Positions 8,858 to 17,883 of a DNA stretch of 64,000 bases are shown piece by piece. The notes below the pieces were generated by a model. The model did no database searches, was not told where the DNA came from, and saw only the letters and a program-made list of their open reading frames with translations. Source of the DNA: an uncultured Candidatus Saccharibacteria bacterium (GTDB taxonomy: Bacteria; Patescibacteriota; CAZHWT01); the NCBI GenBank assembly GCA_964554805.1, contig CAZKPX010000002.1, positions 49,889 to 113,888 of the forward strand, read 5' to 3'. Each line of letters opens with the position of its first letter. Position 1 is the first letter of the stretch. Position numbers and translations under genes: made by a program.

Positions 8858-9415
8858 TTATTTAGCGCTATCTGATTTTGCTTCAACTGCTGGAGTTGCA
8901 GCGGCAGGAGCCTCGGAGAGTTTAGCTTTTCCTGTGTAATAGTCGCGCACTTGGAAGAGAATGTATAGGCCGATGATTACACCTAGCGCTCCACCTAGTA
9001 AGGAGCCACCGTTGAAGCCGCCTACAAAGCTGACAATGGCAGAAGCTATGGCCAAAGCTTCTGTATAGTAGATGTAACGCCAGCCGGACTCCTGATGGCT
9101 CTTTAGTCCAGGGAAGGCCATGAACAGTAGGATTATATTGATAATACCAATGATCAGACTAGCCCATGCCATGGCGACGTAGAGGCCTGATTGCGGAACG
9201 TATACTCCGTAAGCTCCCAGCATAGCTGTGCCTAGGCCAAGTGCTGAAAGTATTCCGAATAAGCCAAATACTGATAGGACGGCCACAGCAATTATTACCC
9301 ATGGGGCAATCTTAACGATGAATTCTCGTCCCCCGGTGGGGATTTGAAATGGAGCCTTGGTGGTGAAATATGGCTTTAATGTTGGTATGAGCTGATCTAG
9401 TGCTTGAATCTGCAT
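8858..9415 (-). CDS. Multi-pass membrane protein of unknown function
   Basis: 185 aa, 4-5 hydrophobic helices, charged C-terminal tail. Confidence 0.45.
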   Translation of the reverse strand: MQIQALDQLIPTLKPYFTTKAPFQIPTGGREFIVKIAPWVIIAVAVLSVFGLFGILSALGLGTAMLGAYGVYVPQSGLYVAMAWASLIIGIINIILLFMAFPGLKSHQESGWRYIYYTEALAIASAIVSFVGGFNGGSLLGGALGVIIGLYILFQVRDYYTGKAKLSEAPAAATPAVEAKSDSAK

Positions 9416-9545
9416 GGATACTCCTTGATAATAAAGTTTATATAAGGTAATTAATACTCCTGTTTGAAGATGACGTCAATCCCTGAAACGCTTGGCTGAT
9501 TATTGGGTCGGTAGATGTAAGTATCTATAAGAAGGTAGCAATTGT

Positions 9546-9941
9546 ATGACGAAAAACATGAAGAATATTGGTTTGATTGCGGGGGCGATTGTATTGTCTC
9601 TTGGCTTGGTAGCAGCTGTGTATATGTTTGTTAAGCAGCAGCCACAGACTGAACCGAACCCGCCTGCCTCTCAAGGACAAGTCACTCTGACTGGTACCTT
9701 AACCTGTTTGCCTAAAAAAGGTGATGGTCCGCATACCATGGAATGTGCGTACGGATTGTTGTCGGCTGGCAAGTACTACGGGCTGGATATGAGCCAGATC
9801 GATAGCGACTTATTTAATTACACCTTTGATGATCAGCTCAAGGTTAGCGGTGAGTTGGTGGAGCCTGAAGATGGCACAACCTATGCCATTGAAGGGACTG
9901 TGACGGTGGATAGTATTGATCTGGTGAGTGGGGCGAGTTAG
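9546..9941 (+). CDS. Small secreted/membrane-anchored protein of unknown function
   Basis: N-terminal signal-anchor (IGLIAGAIVLSLGLVAAVYMF), soluble remainder. Confidence 0.4.
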   Translation: MTKNMKNIGLIAGAIVLSLGLVAAVYMFVKQQPQTEPNPPASQGQVTLTGTLTCLPKKGDGPHTMECAYGLLSAGKYYGLDMSQIDSDLFNYTFDDQLKVSGELVEPEDGTTYAIEGTVTVDSIDLVSGAS

Positions 9942-9943
9942 TT

Positions 9944-10393
9944 TTATTGATGGTGATAGGGTTCGCCGAGGGCAATAGACTGGGCACGATACAGCTGCTC
10001 GGTTAAGAGGAGGCGGACCAGTTGATGAGGAAAGACTAAGGGTGAAAGCGACCACATGAAATCGGCCCTGTCCTTGACAGTTTGGTTGACACCGAAGGCT
10101 CCGCCAATAATAAAAGTGATTGGCTGGGCATTAGTTTGGATGGTTTGAATTTTAGCGCTCAGCTGAAGTGAGTTTAGCTGTTGACCGGTTTCATCTAGCA
10201 ATATGACAAAATCTTTGTCAGGGCAGTGTTGGAGTATTTTGGTTGACTCGTCGTCAATGGCTTTGCTGGCAATTGGTTGATGAGGTATATAGGTCCAGTC
10301 GAGGAGGAAGGGGCGGCGCAAGCGTTGTTGGTAAACGGTTATGCCCTGCTCTATCCAAGGATTGTTCTTTTTGCCAATGGTGATTACTTTCAT
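9944..10393 (-). CDS. rlmH: 23S rRNA (pseudouridine1915-N3)-methyltransferase RlmH (SPOUT family)
   Basis: MKVITIGKKNNPWIEQGITVYQQRLRRP... matches the RlmH N-terminus (MKI.IIAVGK.K...G...Y.KRL). The ~150-aa size and C-terminal SPOUT block fit. Confidence 0.7.
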   Translation of the reverse strand: MKVITIGKKNNPWIEQGITVYQQRLRRPFLLDWTYIPHQPIASKAIDDESTKILQHCPDKDFVILLDETGQQLNSLQLSAKIQTIQTNAQPITFIIGGAFGVNQTVKDRADFMWSLSPLVFPHQLVRLLLTEQLYRAQSIALGEPYHHQ

Positions 10394-10461
10394 GAGGATT
10401 TACGATTTAGGATTACTGCTTCCTGTATTCTATTCCTCTAAACCGCTCACAAGCTAGCGTT

Positions 10462-12816
10462 TTAGTATCCTCCGCCAGGGACGCCAAAGTATTGTTCGGC
10501 GGTTAGGCCGGAGGCGTAAATGGCAGTGGCTGTGTCGACGCCAAAGTAGCGGAGATGCCATGGCTCGTATTTATAGCCAGTCAGGCTATCTTTGCCTTTG
10601 GGATAGCGAATGATAAAGCCGTATTTATGACCGTTGGCGGCAACGAACTTGCCTGCTTTGGTGGTGGCGAAGCACTCCGCCAAATCGCAACCCGGCACAT
10701 CTCTATCTCCCAGGTCGAATGATAAGCCTGTTTGGTGTTCACTATGCCCTGGTCGAGCGCTGAAGGTGTCTGCTGAGGCTCGGCCATAGTTGGCTACATA
10801 GTTGTTGTAGAGCGTATCTTGGGTCCAGTAGGATCGATAGCCGGAACGCAAATGCATGCGAATGCCTTGCTTAAGCGCGTCGGCGTTCATTTTTTCTAAT
10901 GCTGTGGCTGCTTCCGGGTGAAGCGGCTGATTGTTAATTAGAGGAATAGCGACCGTGCGCAGACCGGCCGGTACATAGCTGGAGGGGAGCTTAAACTTCT
11001 TGTTTACGATCGATAGGATGCTGGTATTGTTCTGAGCGGGTTGTGGCCATTTGGTGTTAGAAGGCCAAGGGGTTGGCGTAACTCTGGGAGTTGGGGTGGG
11101 CGCTTTGGTGGGAGTTGGAGTTGGAGCCTGAGTTGGGGTTGGGGTAGGTTTTGGTGTTGGGGTAGGTGAATTGCCGACAATAGTATACGTGGTAGTTAGT
11201 TGATTGTCACTTAGGTCGTCACGTGTTTCTAGGCCATTAAAGTTAACAAAAACGCGGGCTGTGTAGGTGCCAGGAGTGGTTTGCTTGAAGGAGCGGGTTG
11301 TGCCGGTAAAACGGCCTAGTGACCAATGGCCTGGGGTTGATTGGTACCAGTTGGTGATATTGCTTGGTGTAACGGCAAAGCTGCCATGGAGCAAGGAGAA
11401 TTGAGGGCTATCGGTAGTGCCGACAGTAACAGCTTGAGGTCGATGAGCATAGATTTGAGTTTGCATGCCGCTGACTCCAGGCTGCGCGCCTCTGTTGCCG
11501 ATGGTTAGTTGGACATAGATGGCTTCATTGATGGCAAAGGAAGTTTTGGCCTGGCCGCTGGCATTCATTAGAGTCAGACTCTCCGGGCGAAGTTTAACTT
11601 GATTGTATCCGGCTGGGGTTGGAGTTGAAGTTGGAGCTGAGGTGGGGGTCGGTGATGGGGTTGGAGTTGCTGTTGGAGTCGGAGTTGGCGCTTTGGTGGG
11701 GGTGGGGGTAGTAGTTGGAGTAGCGCCAGTAATAGTGTAAGTAGTAGTCCTCTGATTGTCTGCTTCGTTGGTTTCGCCTAGATTATTATTAGCATCGACA
11801 AAAACCCGAGCGACATAGGTGCCTGGGATTGACTGAGTAAAGTGTGTGCCTAGATTGAATTGGCTGACCCGGCTGCCGCCTGGACGAGACTCATAGGTGT
11901 AGGTGGCACTACTATTGACGGCTGTAAATGTGCCGTGGGCGGTGGAGATCTCAGGAGCGTTTTTGCTACCAACGGCTACGATACTGGGTTGATGAGCGAA
12001 GTATTGGGTCTTGCTGGCTGATTCTTGATATTTGGAGCCAGTGTTGCGCAGCGATGAGCGAACGTAGATTTTTTCACCAGGAGCGAAGCTGGTTTTGACC
12101 TGGCCGCTGGCATTAGTTAACTGAAATGCGGTGACGGCCATATTGACATTATTGTTAACAGTGGCTGGGATGACAGCTGGCGTTGGGGTTGAAGTGGGGG
12201 TTGGAGTCTTGGTGGGAACTGGTGTTGGAGTGGCGGTTGGTTTGGAGGTTGGAGTAGGAGTCGGGACGGTGCCGGTGATGGTGTAGGTGGCTGTTATTTG
12301 ATTGTCGCCAGGGTTGTCACGGCTTTCTTTGGCTGTTGCATCAACAAAGATTCTGGCAGTGTAGGTGCCTGGCGTGCTTTGGGTAAAATAGCGAGTGGCA
12401 GTGGCAAAGCGGTTAAGCGAAAAATGGCCAGGAGTGGATTGGTAAGCATTGGGATTGGTGGCTGGAGTTGGCAGAAAAGGTCCGTGAAGGAGCGATAACT
12501 CGGGGGTGTTTTTGCTGTTTTTGGCAGCTGCCGTGGGCATATGGGCATAAAACTGAGTGGTGATACCACTAACACCAGAGGCTGTCCCGCGATTGGAGAT
12601 GGTTGCTTTGACATAGATTGGCTCATTGGGAGCAAAGGCGGTTTTTGCTTTGCCAGCTGAATCAACCAGTACAAATGACTCTGGTTTGAGCATGACAGGA
12701 GTTGCAGCAGCCATAATGGATAGCTGTGATATAAGCAAGGGCTGACTGGTCAAAAGAGCCAAGAGGGTGACAATAATAGAGAGCTTGGCGAACTTGATGA
12801 GGCGAATTTGATTCAT
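10462..12816 (-). CDS. Large secreted protein with three ~180-aa internal repeats joined by Pro/Thr linkers and a C-terminal VanY-type D-Ala-D-Ala carboxypeptidase (peptidase M15B) domain
   Basis: Signal peptide; PTPTPT... linkers. The repeated module is ...FAPNEPIYV.A.ISNRG...YAH.P...TPGTYTARVFVD.... The C-terminus (LRSGYRSYWTQDTLY...SARPGHSEHQTGLSFDLGD...YGFIIRYPKGK...GYKYEPWHLRY) matches the VanY/M15B zinc-binding blocks. Confidence 0.6.
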   Translation of the reverse strand: MNQIRLIKFAKLSIIVTLLALLTSQPLLISQLSIMAAATPVMLKPESFVLVDSAGKAKTAFAPNEPIYVKATISNRGTASGVSGITTQFYAHMPTAAAKNSKNTPELSLLHGPFLPTPATNPNAYQSTPGHFSLNRFATATRYFTQSTPGTYTARIFVDATAKESRDNPGDNQITATYTITGTVPTPTPTSKPTATPTPVPTKTPTPTSTPTPAVIPATVNNNVNMAVTAFQLTNASGQVKTSFAPGEKIYVRSSLRNTGSKYQESASKTQYFAHQPSIVAVGSKNAPEISTAHGTFTAVNSSATYTYESRPGGSRVSQFNLGTHFTQSIPGTYVARVFVDANNNLGETNEADNQRTTTYTITGATPTTTPTPTKAPTPTPTATPTPSPTPTSAPTSTPTPAGYNQVKLRPESLTLMNASGQAKTSFAINEAIYVQLTIGNRGAQPGVSGMQTQIYAHRPQAVTVGTTDSPQFSLLHGSFAVTPSNITNWYQSTPGHWSLGRFTGTTRSFKQTTPGTYTARVFVNFNGLETRDDLSDNQLTTTYTIVGNSPTPTPKPTPTPTQAPTPTPTKAPTPTPRVTPTPWPSNTKWPQPAQNNTSILSIVNKKFKLPSSYVPAGLRTVAIPLINNQPLHPEAATALEKMNADALKQGIRMHLRSGYRSYWTQDTLYNNYVANYGRASADTFSARPGHSEHQTGLSFDLGDRDVPGCDLAECFATTKAGKFVAANGHKYGFIIRYPKGKDSLTGYKYEPWHLRYFGVDTATAIYASGLTAEQYFGVPGGGY

Positions 12817-12957
12817 AGACGATACTTCTCGATTATAGAGCTATAACAATATTATAGGTTTGATTATACGGCACCATGTCAATTATGTAGGTTGCGGTTG
12901 ATGGTAGAACTTAGGCGTCAGCGGTTGTGTTTTGGATTGTGGTAGAATGTAGGTATT

Positions 12958-13070
12958 AATTCATCAAGAGTGATGGCTAGAGTTTCGGCTCAGTGATCCA
13001 TCCAGCAACCGATTGTTTCAATGAACAATACGGTGCTTCAACCGACCCTTTGGGGACTGATGTGAGCTAT
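12958..13070 (+). promoter_or_regulatory. SAM-I (S-box)-like riboswitch in the metK leader, followed by a hairpin that sequesters the Shine-Dalgarno
   Basis: Conserved SAM-I blocks are present in order: ATCAAGAG (12963-12970), a P2 helix gatgg/ccatc, AGCAACC (13004-13010), GGTGCT (13032-13037) and a closing GATGTGAG (13059-13066). Downstream, acctcc-aag-gggcatatatgcc-taaa-ggaggt (13087-13118) pairs an anti-SD with the AGGAGG that precedes ATG 13126. Confidence 0.55.
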
Positions 13071-13125
13071 TTTAGCTAAACAGACTAACCTCCAAGGGGC
13101 ATATATGCCTAAAGGAGGTATTTTT

Positions 13126-14250
13126 ATGTCCAAGTTTTCCGCAAAGGAAACAGTATTTACATCAGAGTCAGTATGCGCTGGGCATCCGGACAAAATAGCT
13201 GATCAGATTAGTGATGCTATTTTGGATCAAATTCTGATTCAAGATAGTCAGGCTCGAGTGGCAGTAGAAACATTGGTTGCCAAACAGCGCGTGGTGTTGG
13301 CTGGAGAGATATCGACCACGGCTCAGGTTGATTATCGTGAGGTGGCGCGATCTGTAATTGCAGAGCTTGGCTACACTAATCCTGCTTTTGGTTTTGATGG
13401 CGATGCCACAATTGCTAGCTATATTCACCAACAATCCCCTGATATTGCGGTAGGCGTTGATCGAGATGGTGCCGGCGATCAAGGGATGATGTTTGGCTAT
13501 GCTACAAGTGAAAACGGGGCATATTTGCCTTGGCCGATTTGGCTAGCTCATCAGCTGAGCCGAGCCATTGATCAAGCAAGAATTAGTGGAGCTGTCCCCT
13601 ATCTTCGTCCTGATGGTAAGACTCAAGTCGGCGTGAGATATGTAGATGGCAAGGCTGTCGGTATTGATTCGGTAATTATGGCGGTGCCGCATGCCGAACA
13701 TGTTTCACAGCAGCAGCTGCAGTCTGATTTGGAAAAGGTTGTGGTGGGGCCGATATTGCAAGCTAACGGATTCGATCGAGCAGATAAAATAGTCGTAAAT
13801 GGGACTGGAGTGTGGCATATTGGCGGCCCGTCTTCTGATGTAGGGCTGACTGGTCGAAAAATTGTGGTTGATGGGTATGGAGGGATGGCGCGGGTGGGTG
13901 GTGGCTGTTTCAGCGGCAAAGATCCAAGCAAAGTCGATCGATCCGGAGCATACGCTGCTCGATACTTGGCTAAAAATATTGTGGCTGCCGGGTTGGCTGA
14001 CCAAGCTGAGGTCCGATTGGCTTATGTTATTGGCCAATCTCAGCCGTTAATGCAAGAGGTTGAAACTTTTGGAACCGCCAAAAAGAATGATAAAACGATT
14101 GCCGATTATACTGCTGGCTTGCTGGATACATCGGTGAGAGGAATCATTGAGGGCTTGGCATTGCAGCAACCGACCTACAAAGCTACCGCAAGTTACGGAC
14201 ACTTTGGTCGGGAAGAGTTTAGTTGGGAGCGGATTGTATCTAGAATATAA
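13126..14250 (+). CDS. metK: S-adenosylmethionine synthetase (methionine adenosyltransferase)
   Basis: FTSESVCAGHPDKIADQISDAILD, GGGCFSGKDPSKVDRSGAYAARY and other MetK signature blocks. Start taken at the Met after the AAGGAGG Shine-Dalgarno (the track lists 13105). Confidence 0.9.
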   Translation: MSKFSAKETVFTSESVCAGHPDKIADQISDAILDQILIQDSQARVAVETLVAKQRVVLAGEISTTAQVDYREVARSVIAELGYTNPAFGFDGDATIASYIHQQSPDIAVGVDRDGAGDQGMMFGYATSENGAYLPWPIWLAHQLSRAIDQARISGAVPYLRPDGKTQVGVRYVDGKAVGIDSVIMAVPHAEHVSQQQLQSDLEKVVVGPILQANGFDRADKIVVNGTGVWHIGGPSSDVGLTGRKIVVDGYGGMARVGGGCFSGKDPSKVDRSGAYAARYLAKNIVAAGLADQAEVRLAYVIGQSQPLMQEVETFGTAKKNDKTIADYTAGLLDTSVRGIIEGLALQQPTYKATASYGHFGREEFSWERIVSRI

Positions 14251-14271
14251 AACACATCACATATCAATACG

Positions 14272-14318
14272 AACCTCGGAGGTTGACGGAAGTTGCCAAC
14301 CTCCGAGGTTCTTGGTTC
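14272..14318 (+). terminator. Rho-independent terminator of metK
   Basis: Perfect 13-bp stem aacctcggaggtt / aacctccgaggtt (14272-14284 / 14298-14310), followed by a T-rich run. Confidence 0.65.
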
Positions 14319-14406
14319 TTGGCTGAAATTTCGTCGGCGATGGAGCCGCAATGGCTACTACTATAACTACTGAATGTTTCGGCTCAATCGGACATTGGCT
14401 TGTGAC

Positions 14407-14634
14407 TCAGTAAAGCCGGTTTTGTTGGTAAAGTGGGTTGATTCTAGGGGCTGATGGCCGGTAATGGCACGCATGAAGCCATCTTTTAGCATGATGAACC
14501 CAAGTTGCGGCGACTGATAGGGCTGTGCCAGCTGGCTGATAATTAGCTTGATCGTCGGTCAAGCCATCGATTGCGCCCAAGAAAACCTGGTGAGCGTCCT
14601 TCGCTGGCTGTGTTAAAAGTTCGGTGATAGTCAT
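14407..14634 (-). pseudogene. Possible DinB/YfiT-like (DinB_2 superfamily) gene remnant, apparently frameshifted
   Basis: A 75-aa ORF (MTITELLTQPAKDAHQVFLGAIDGLTDDQANYQP...WVHHA) ends in junk. A second frame continues downstream to ~14350. Family assignment is weak. Confidence 0.25.
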
Positions 14635-14844
14635 ATAGTCTCCTTTGTATATTAAGGTACAGGGGTATTTTAAGAGAAATGACCAAACATAGCCATGAAT
14701 TATACGGATAGATTGGATTTTGGCTAGAAGGGAAAGTGCTTAAAACAAGCGTAAGAGCAAGGCGATGGAGGTCGCTTTTGCTCTTACGTGGGCAATTATA
14801 CCATTAGCTATAGGATGTAGCAAGCTTGCCTCGCGAGGCTGGTG

Positions 14845-15639
14845 TTACTTTTTTAGGAGAAGAGACAAGATGAAAATCGTCAAGGCGGATAGCACAATAG
14901 CTCCGCCAGCAGCCAAGCTGAGGTAGAAGGCCAGTGCTAGGCCAATCAAGACCGAGATGACTGAAAAAACGATGGCCAGAATGATGGTTTGCTTGAAGCT
15001 GGATGTAAATTGCGCGGCGCTGACAACAGGAATAACCAGCAGCGCTCCAATCAATAGTCCGCCAACTATTCTCAATGACAGAACAACCAATACTGCCGTT
15101 AGTATGGCCAGAAGATAATTAAGTAGGCTGACTTTGTAGCCGGCAATGCGCGCTCCGTCTTCATCAAAGGCTGCATACAGAAGCCCTTGATAATTAAACA
15201 GAATAATCGCTAAAGCAATCACCACGGTTATGCCTAGGATGACAATGTCTGACCATTGGGTGGTAACGATACTACCAAAGAGATAGCTATTAAAATCAAT
15301 GCTAACACCTTTGGCTAGGCCTGCTAGGACAACTGCCAGGGCTAGTCCCCCACTCATTAAAATAGCCAAACTGGTCTCGCCGCTGATATGTTGTCGCTGT
15401 CTGAGCCATTCTAATAAAATCGCTCCCAGAACTGTGACGGGAATGGCAATCAGGATTGGTGATGAGCCAAGCAGAAGACCTAGGCCGATACCGGCCAAAG
15501 ACACATGCGCCAAACTATCGGCAATCAATGAATATCGTCGAGCCACCAAAAAACTGCCCATGACTGGAATGGTTAATGCCACAAGAAGCCCGGCCACAAT
15601 CGCCCGGATCATAAAGCTGTATTGAAGAATGTCGATCAT
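14845..15639 (-). CDS. znuB: Zinc/manganese ABC transporter permease (ABC-3 family, ZnuB-like)
   Basis: 264 aa with 8-9 TM helices and the typical ABC-3 layout. It is last in an operon with a ZnuC-like ATPase and a ZnuA-like binding protein. Confidence 0.75.
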   Translation of the reverse strand: MIDILQYSFMIRAIVAGLLVALTIPVMGSFLVARRYSLIADSLAHVSLAGIGLGLLLGSSPILIAIPVTVLGAILLEWLRQRQHISGETSLAILMSGGLALAVVLAGLAKGVSIDFNSYLFGSIVTTQWSDIVILGITVVIALAIILFNYQGLLYAAFDEDGARIAGYKVSLLNYLLAILTAVLVVLSLRIVGGLLIGALLVIPVVSAAQFTSSFKQTIILAIVFSVISVLIGLALAFYLSLAAGGAIVLSALTIFILSLLLKK

Positions 15640-16391
15640 GAGTTGCTCCCCGCGGTGGAAGTTTTGTGTTTTTCGAGACGATGATGATGGATGATGCGGT
15701 GCTGTTGGGTGTAGTAGCGAGGCATAAATTTATCTGGCTCAAAGTGAGCCGGAGGGCCATCATAGAGGATGGTTTGGTTGAGACAAATGACCCGCTTGAC
15801 CAATTTCAAGACGGTATCGATATTATGCGAAATCATAACTATGGCAATGCCTTGGCTTTGGAGGTGGTTAAGCAGCTCATAGAATTCTGTTTGAGAGCGT
15901 TCGTCAATGCCGGTGGTGGGCTCATCTAGGATTAGCAGGCAAGGGTCGCTGGCTAAGGCTTTGGCGATATAGACTCGTTGTTGCTGCCCGCCGGATAGCT
16001 GGTCAAAACGTTTGTGTGCTTGGCGGGACATATTAACGCTGGCGAGAGCGTGCATGGCTATATCGGCGTTGCCTTTCGCTCCCAGCTTGACGATTTCTAT
16101 GACGCTAATTGGAGTTTGGCGTTCGTGGATTGAGCCTCGTTGTTGAACATAGCCGATCGTTCCGTCAACGTGTTTGTGGACTGTGCCGTGATGCGGTATG
16201 AGGCCAAGCATGGCTTTGAGAAACGTGCTTTTGCCGGCTCCATTTGGTCCGATTAAGCCAACAAACTCTCCCGGATAAATGGCCAGTGAAATGTCTTTGA
16301 GAACAGCTTGACGATGATAGCTGACTGACAGATTGTCTATGTCCAGTAATGGTTGATCACTGGCATGCGAGTGCGAGGCGGAGGTGGGCAA
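15636..16391 (-). CDS. znuC: Zinc ABC transporter ATP-binding protein (ZnuC-like)
   Basis: Walker A GPNGAGKST, signature LSGGQQQRV, Walker B LLILDEPT. Probable TTG start at 16391, preceded by AAAGGAG. The track's ATG at 16457 would overlap znuA by 100 nt. Confidence 0.8.
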   Translation of the reverse strand: MPTSASHSHASDQPLLDIDNLSVSYHRQAVLKDISLAIYPGEFVGLIGPNGAGKSTFLKAMLGLIPHHGTVHKHVDGTIGYVQQRGSIHERQTPISVIEIVKLGAKGNADIAMHALASVNMSRQAHKRFDQLSGGQQQRVYIAKALASDPCLLILDEPTTGIDERSQTEFYELLNHLQSQGIAIVMISHNIDTVLKLVKRVICLNQTILYDGPPAHFEPDKFMPRYYTQQHRIIHHHRLEKHKTSTAGSNS

Positions 16392-17376
16392 GATTGCTCC
16401 TTTGAACGGTAAGATAATTTTGATTAGTATCCAGGGCCGATTGGGCGAGGCTTTCAATGGGATTCAAGACCAAGGTTTGGGTGTTTGTTTCACGGGCTAG
16501 GGCTTGAGCAAGTTGAGGACTTGTCTGGCTCTCAAAGAAAATATACTTGATTTGGTATTGCTTGACTAGCTTGGTTAATTCGGCTAGCTTGGCGACGCTT
16601 GGTTCCTGTTCAGGACTAAGGCCCGAAATGGGCAGGACAGCGATATTGTAGCGCTCAGCCAGATAAGAAAAGGCTGAATGAGAGGTAATGATGGTAGGCC
16701 TTTGGCACTTAGCCAGCCCTTGGCTAAAGTCTTGGTCCAACTGGGCCAGCTGGGCTTTGTAGGTATCAGCATTGGCCTGATAGGTGGAGGCATTGTGAGG
16801 GTCAGCTTTTTTATAGCCTTCAGCAATCGCCTGAACGATTGATTGAGCCAGGAGGGGGTCAGTCCATGAATGTGGGTCGTTGGCGTGATCATGGCCATGT
16901 TTGCGATCTTCGTCTTCTTGATGATCTTCCTCAGAATGATGGGTGTTTTTCACGGCGTCAACTGTCTTAACGACTTGCCCTTTGTAGTCGGTCAAGAATT
17001 TTTCTGTCCATGGCTCCATATTGGGGTCATTATAGATAAACAGGTCTGCTTGCATGGCAGCTACCAGATTCTGTGGTGAAGGCTCATAATCATGAGCTTC
17101 TGCTCCAGCTGGAGTGCTATTGGTAACATCGACCAAATCTCCGCCAACTTGCTTGGCAAAGTCGTATAGAGGGTAAAAGGTCGCCGTGACTTGAAGTTTG
17201 TTGGTATCTGTGTTGGCCGATATTGACTGAGAAATAAATATCCAACTTAGTCCACATGCAATCGTTGCGAGAAGCAGGAGGCCGACCCATTGTCTGGGTT
17301 GAAGGGTTTTGAAGTAGTGACTAACTCTTTTGGTAAAAGAAGACTTTGGGCTGGTTAGTTTCTTTGTTTTTGGCAT
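16357..17376 (-). CDS. znuA: Periplasmic zinc-binding protein of the ABC transporter (ZnuA/TroA family) with a His/Asp/Glu-rich loop
   Basis: TroA-like fold blocks plus the zinc-specific His-rich insertion HHSEEDHQEDEDRKHGHDHANDPHSW. N-terminal signal anchor. Start taken at MPKTKKL (17376). Confidence 0.8.
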   Translation of the reverse strand: MPKTKKLTSPKSSFTKRVSHYFKTLQPRQWVGLLLLATIACGLSWIFISQSISANTDTNKLQVTATFYPLYDFAKQVGGDLVDVTNSTPAGAEAHDYEPSPQNLVAAMQADLFIYNDPNMEPWTEKFLTDYKGQVVKTVDAVKNTHHSEEDHQEDEDRKHGHDHANDPHSWTDPLLAQSIVQAIAEGYKKADPHNASTYQANADTYKAQLAQLDQDFSQGLAKCQRPTIITSHSAFSYLAERYNIAVLPISGLSPEQEPSVAKLAELTKLVKQYQIKYIFFESQTSPQLAQALARETNTQTLVLNPIESLAQSALDTNQNYLTVQRSNLAHLRLALACQ

Positions 17377-17396
17377 GTCAATATAATACTGTCTGC

Positions 17397-17440
17397 AGGT
17401 AATATTTGCAAAAGTGTTGCAAATATATGATATATTTGCA
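17397..17440. promoter_or_regulatory. Candidate Zur/Fur-family operator in the znuA-zur divergent intergenic region
   Basis: Perfect inverted repeat ATATTTGCAA-N5-TTGCAAATAT (17402-17411 / 17417-17426), with a third ATATTTGCA half-site at 17432-17440. It overlaps the presumed -10 regions of both divergent genes. Confidence 0.55.
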
Positions 17441-17442
17441 GT

Positions 17443-17883
17443 ATGATCCATACAGAGAAGCAACGTCTGGCTGAAATTTTAAAACATAACCGCTTTAGTT
17501 TAACTAAAGGGCGGTTGTTGGTCTTTGACTTGCTGCATAACCAGCCGCCCTTATCTATGGCTGAGTTGAATGAGTTGATAGATGGTCGCATGGATCCAGC
17601 CAGTTTGTATAGGATCATTAAGCTTTTTGAAGGTTTGGGGATCGTTAAGCGAGTGCAATTGGGATGGAAATACAAACTAGAGTTGAGTGAGTTATTTTCT
17701 CACCACCACCATCATCTAACTTGCCTGCAATGCGGTCAGGTGATAGTTTTGGATCATGACGATATCTTGGAAAAGAGATTGGTGCACATTGGTCAAGCTA
17801 ATGGCTTTGCGGCACTTGTTCATCATTTAGAATTGCAGGGTGTCTGTCCTAGGTGTCAAAGTGCTGCGCAAAAATTTAATTAA
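17443..17883 (+). CDS. zur: Fur-family metalloregulator, likely zinc uptake regulator Zur
   Basis: Winged-helix N-terminus; C-terminal metal sites HHHHLTCLQCGQ...CPRC (CxxC...CxxC). Divergent from znuACB. Confidence 0.75.
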   Translation: MIHTEKQRLAEILKHNRFSLTKGRLLVFDLLHNQPPLSMAELNELIDGRMDPASLYRIIKLFEGLGIVKRVQLGWKYKLELSELFSHHHHHLTCLQCGQVIVLDHDDILEKRLVHIGQANGFAALVHHLELQGVCPRCQSAAQKFN

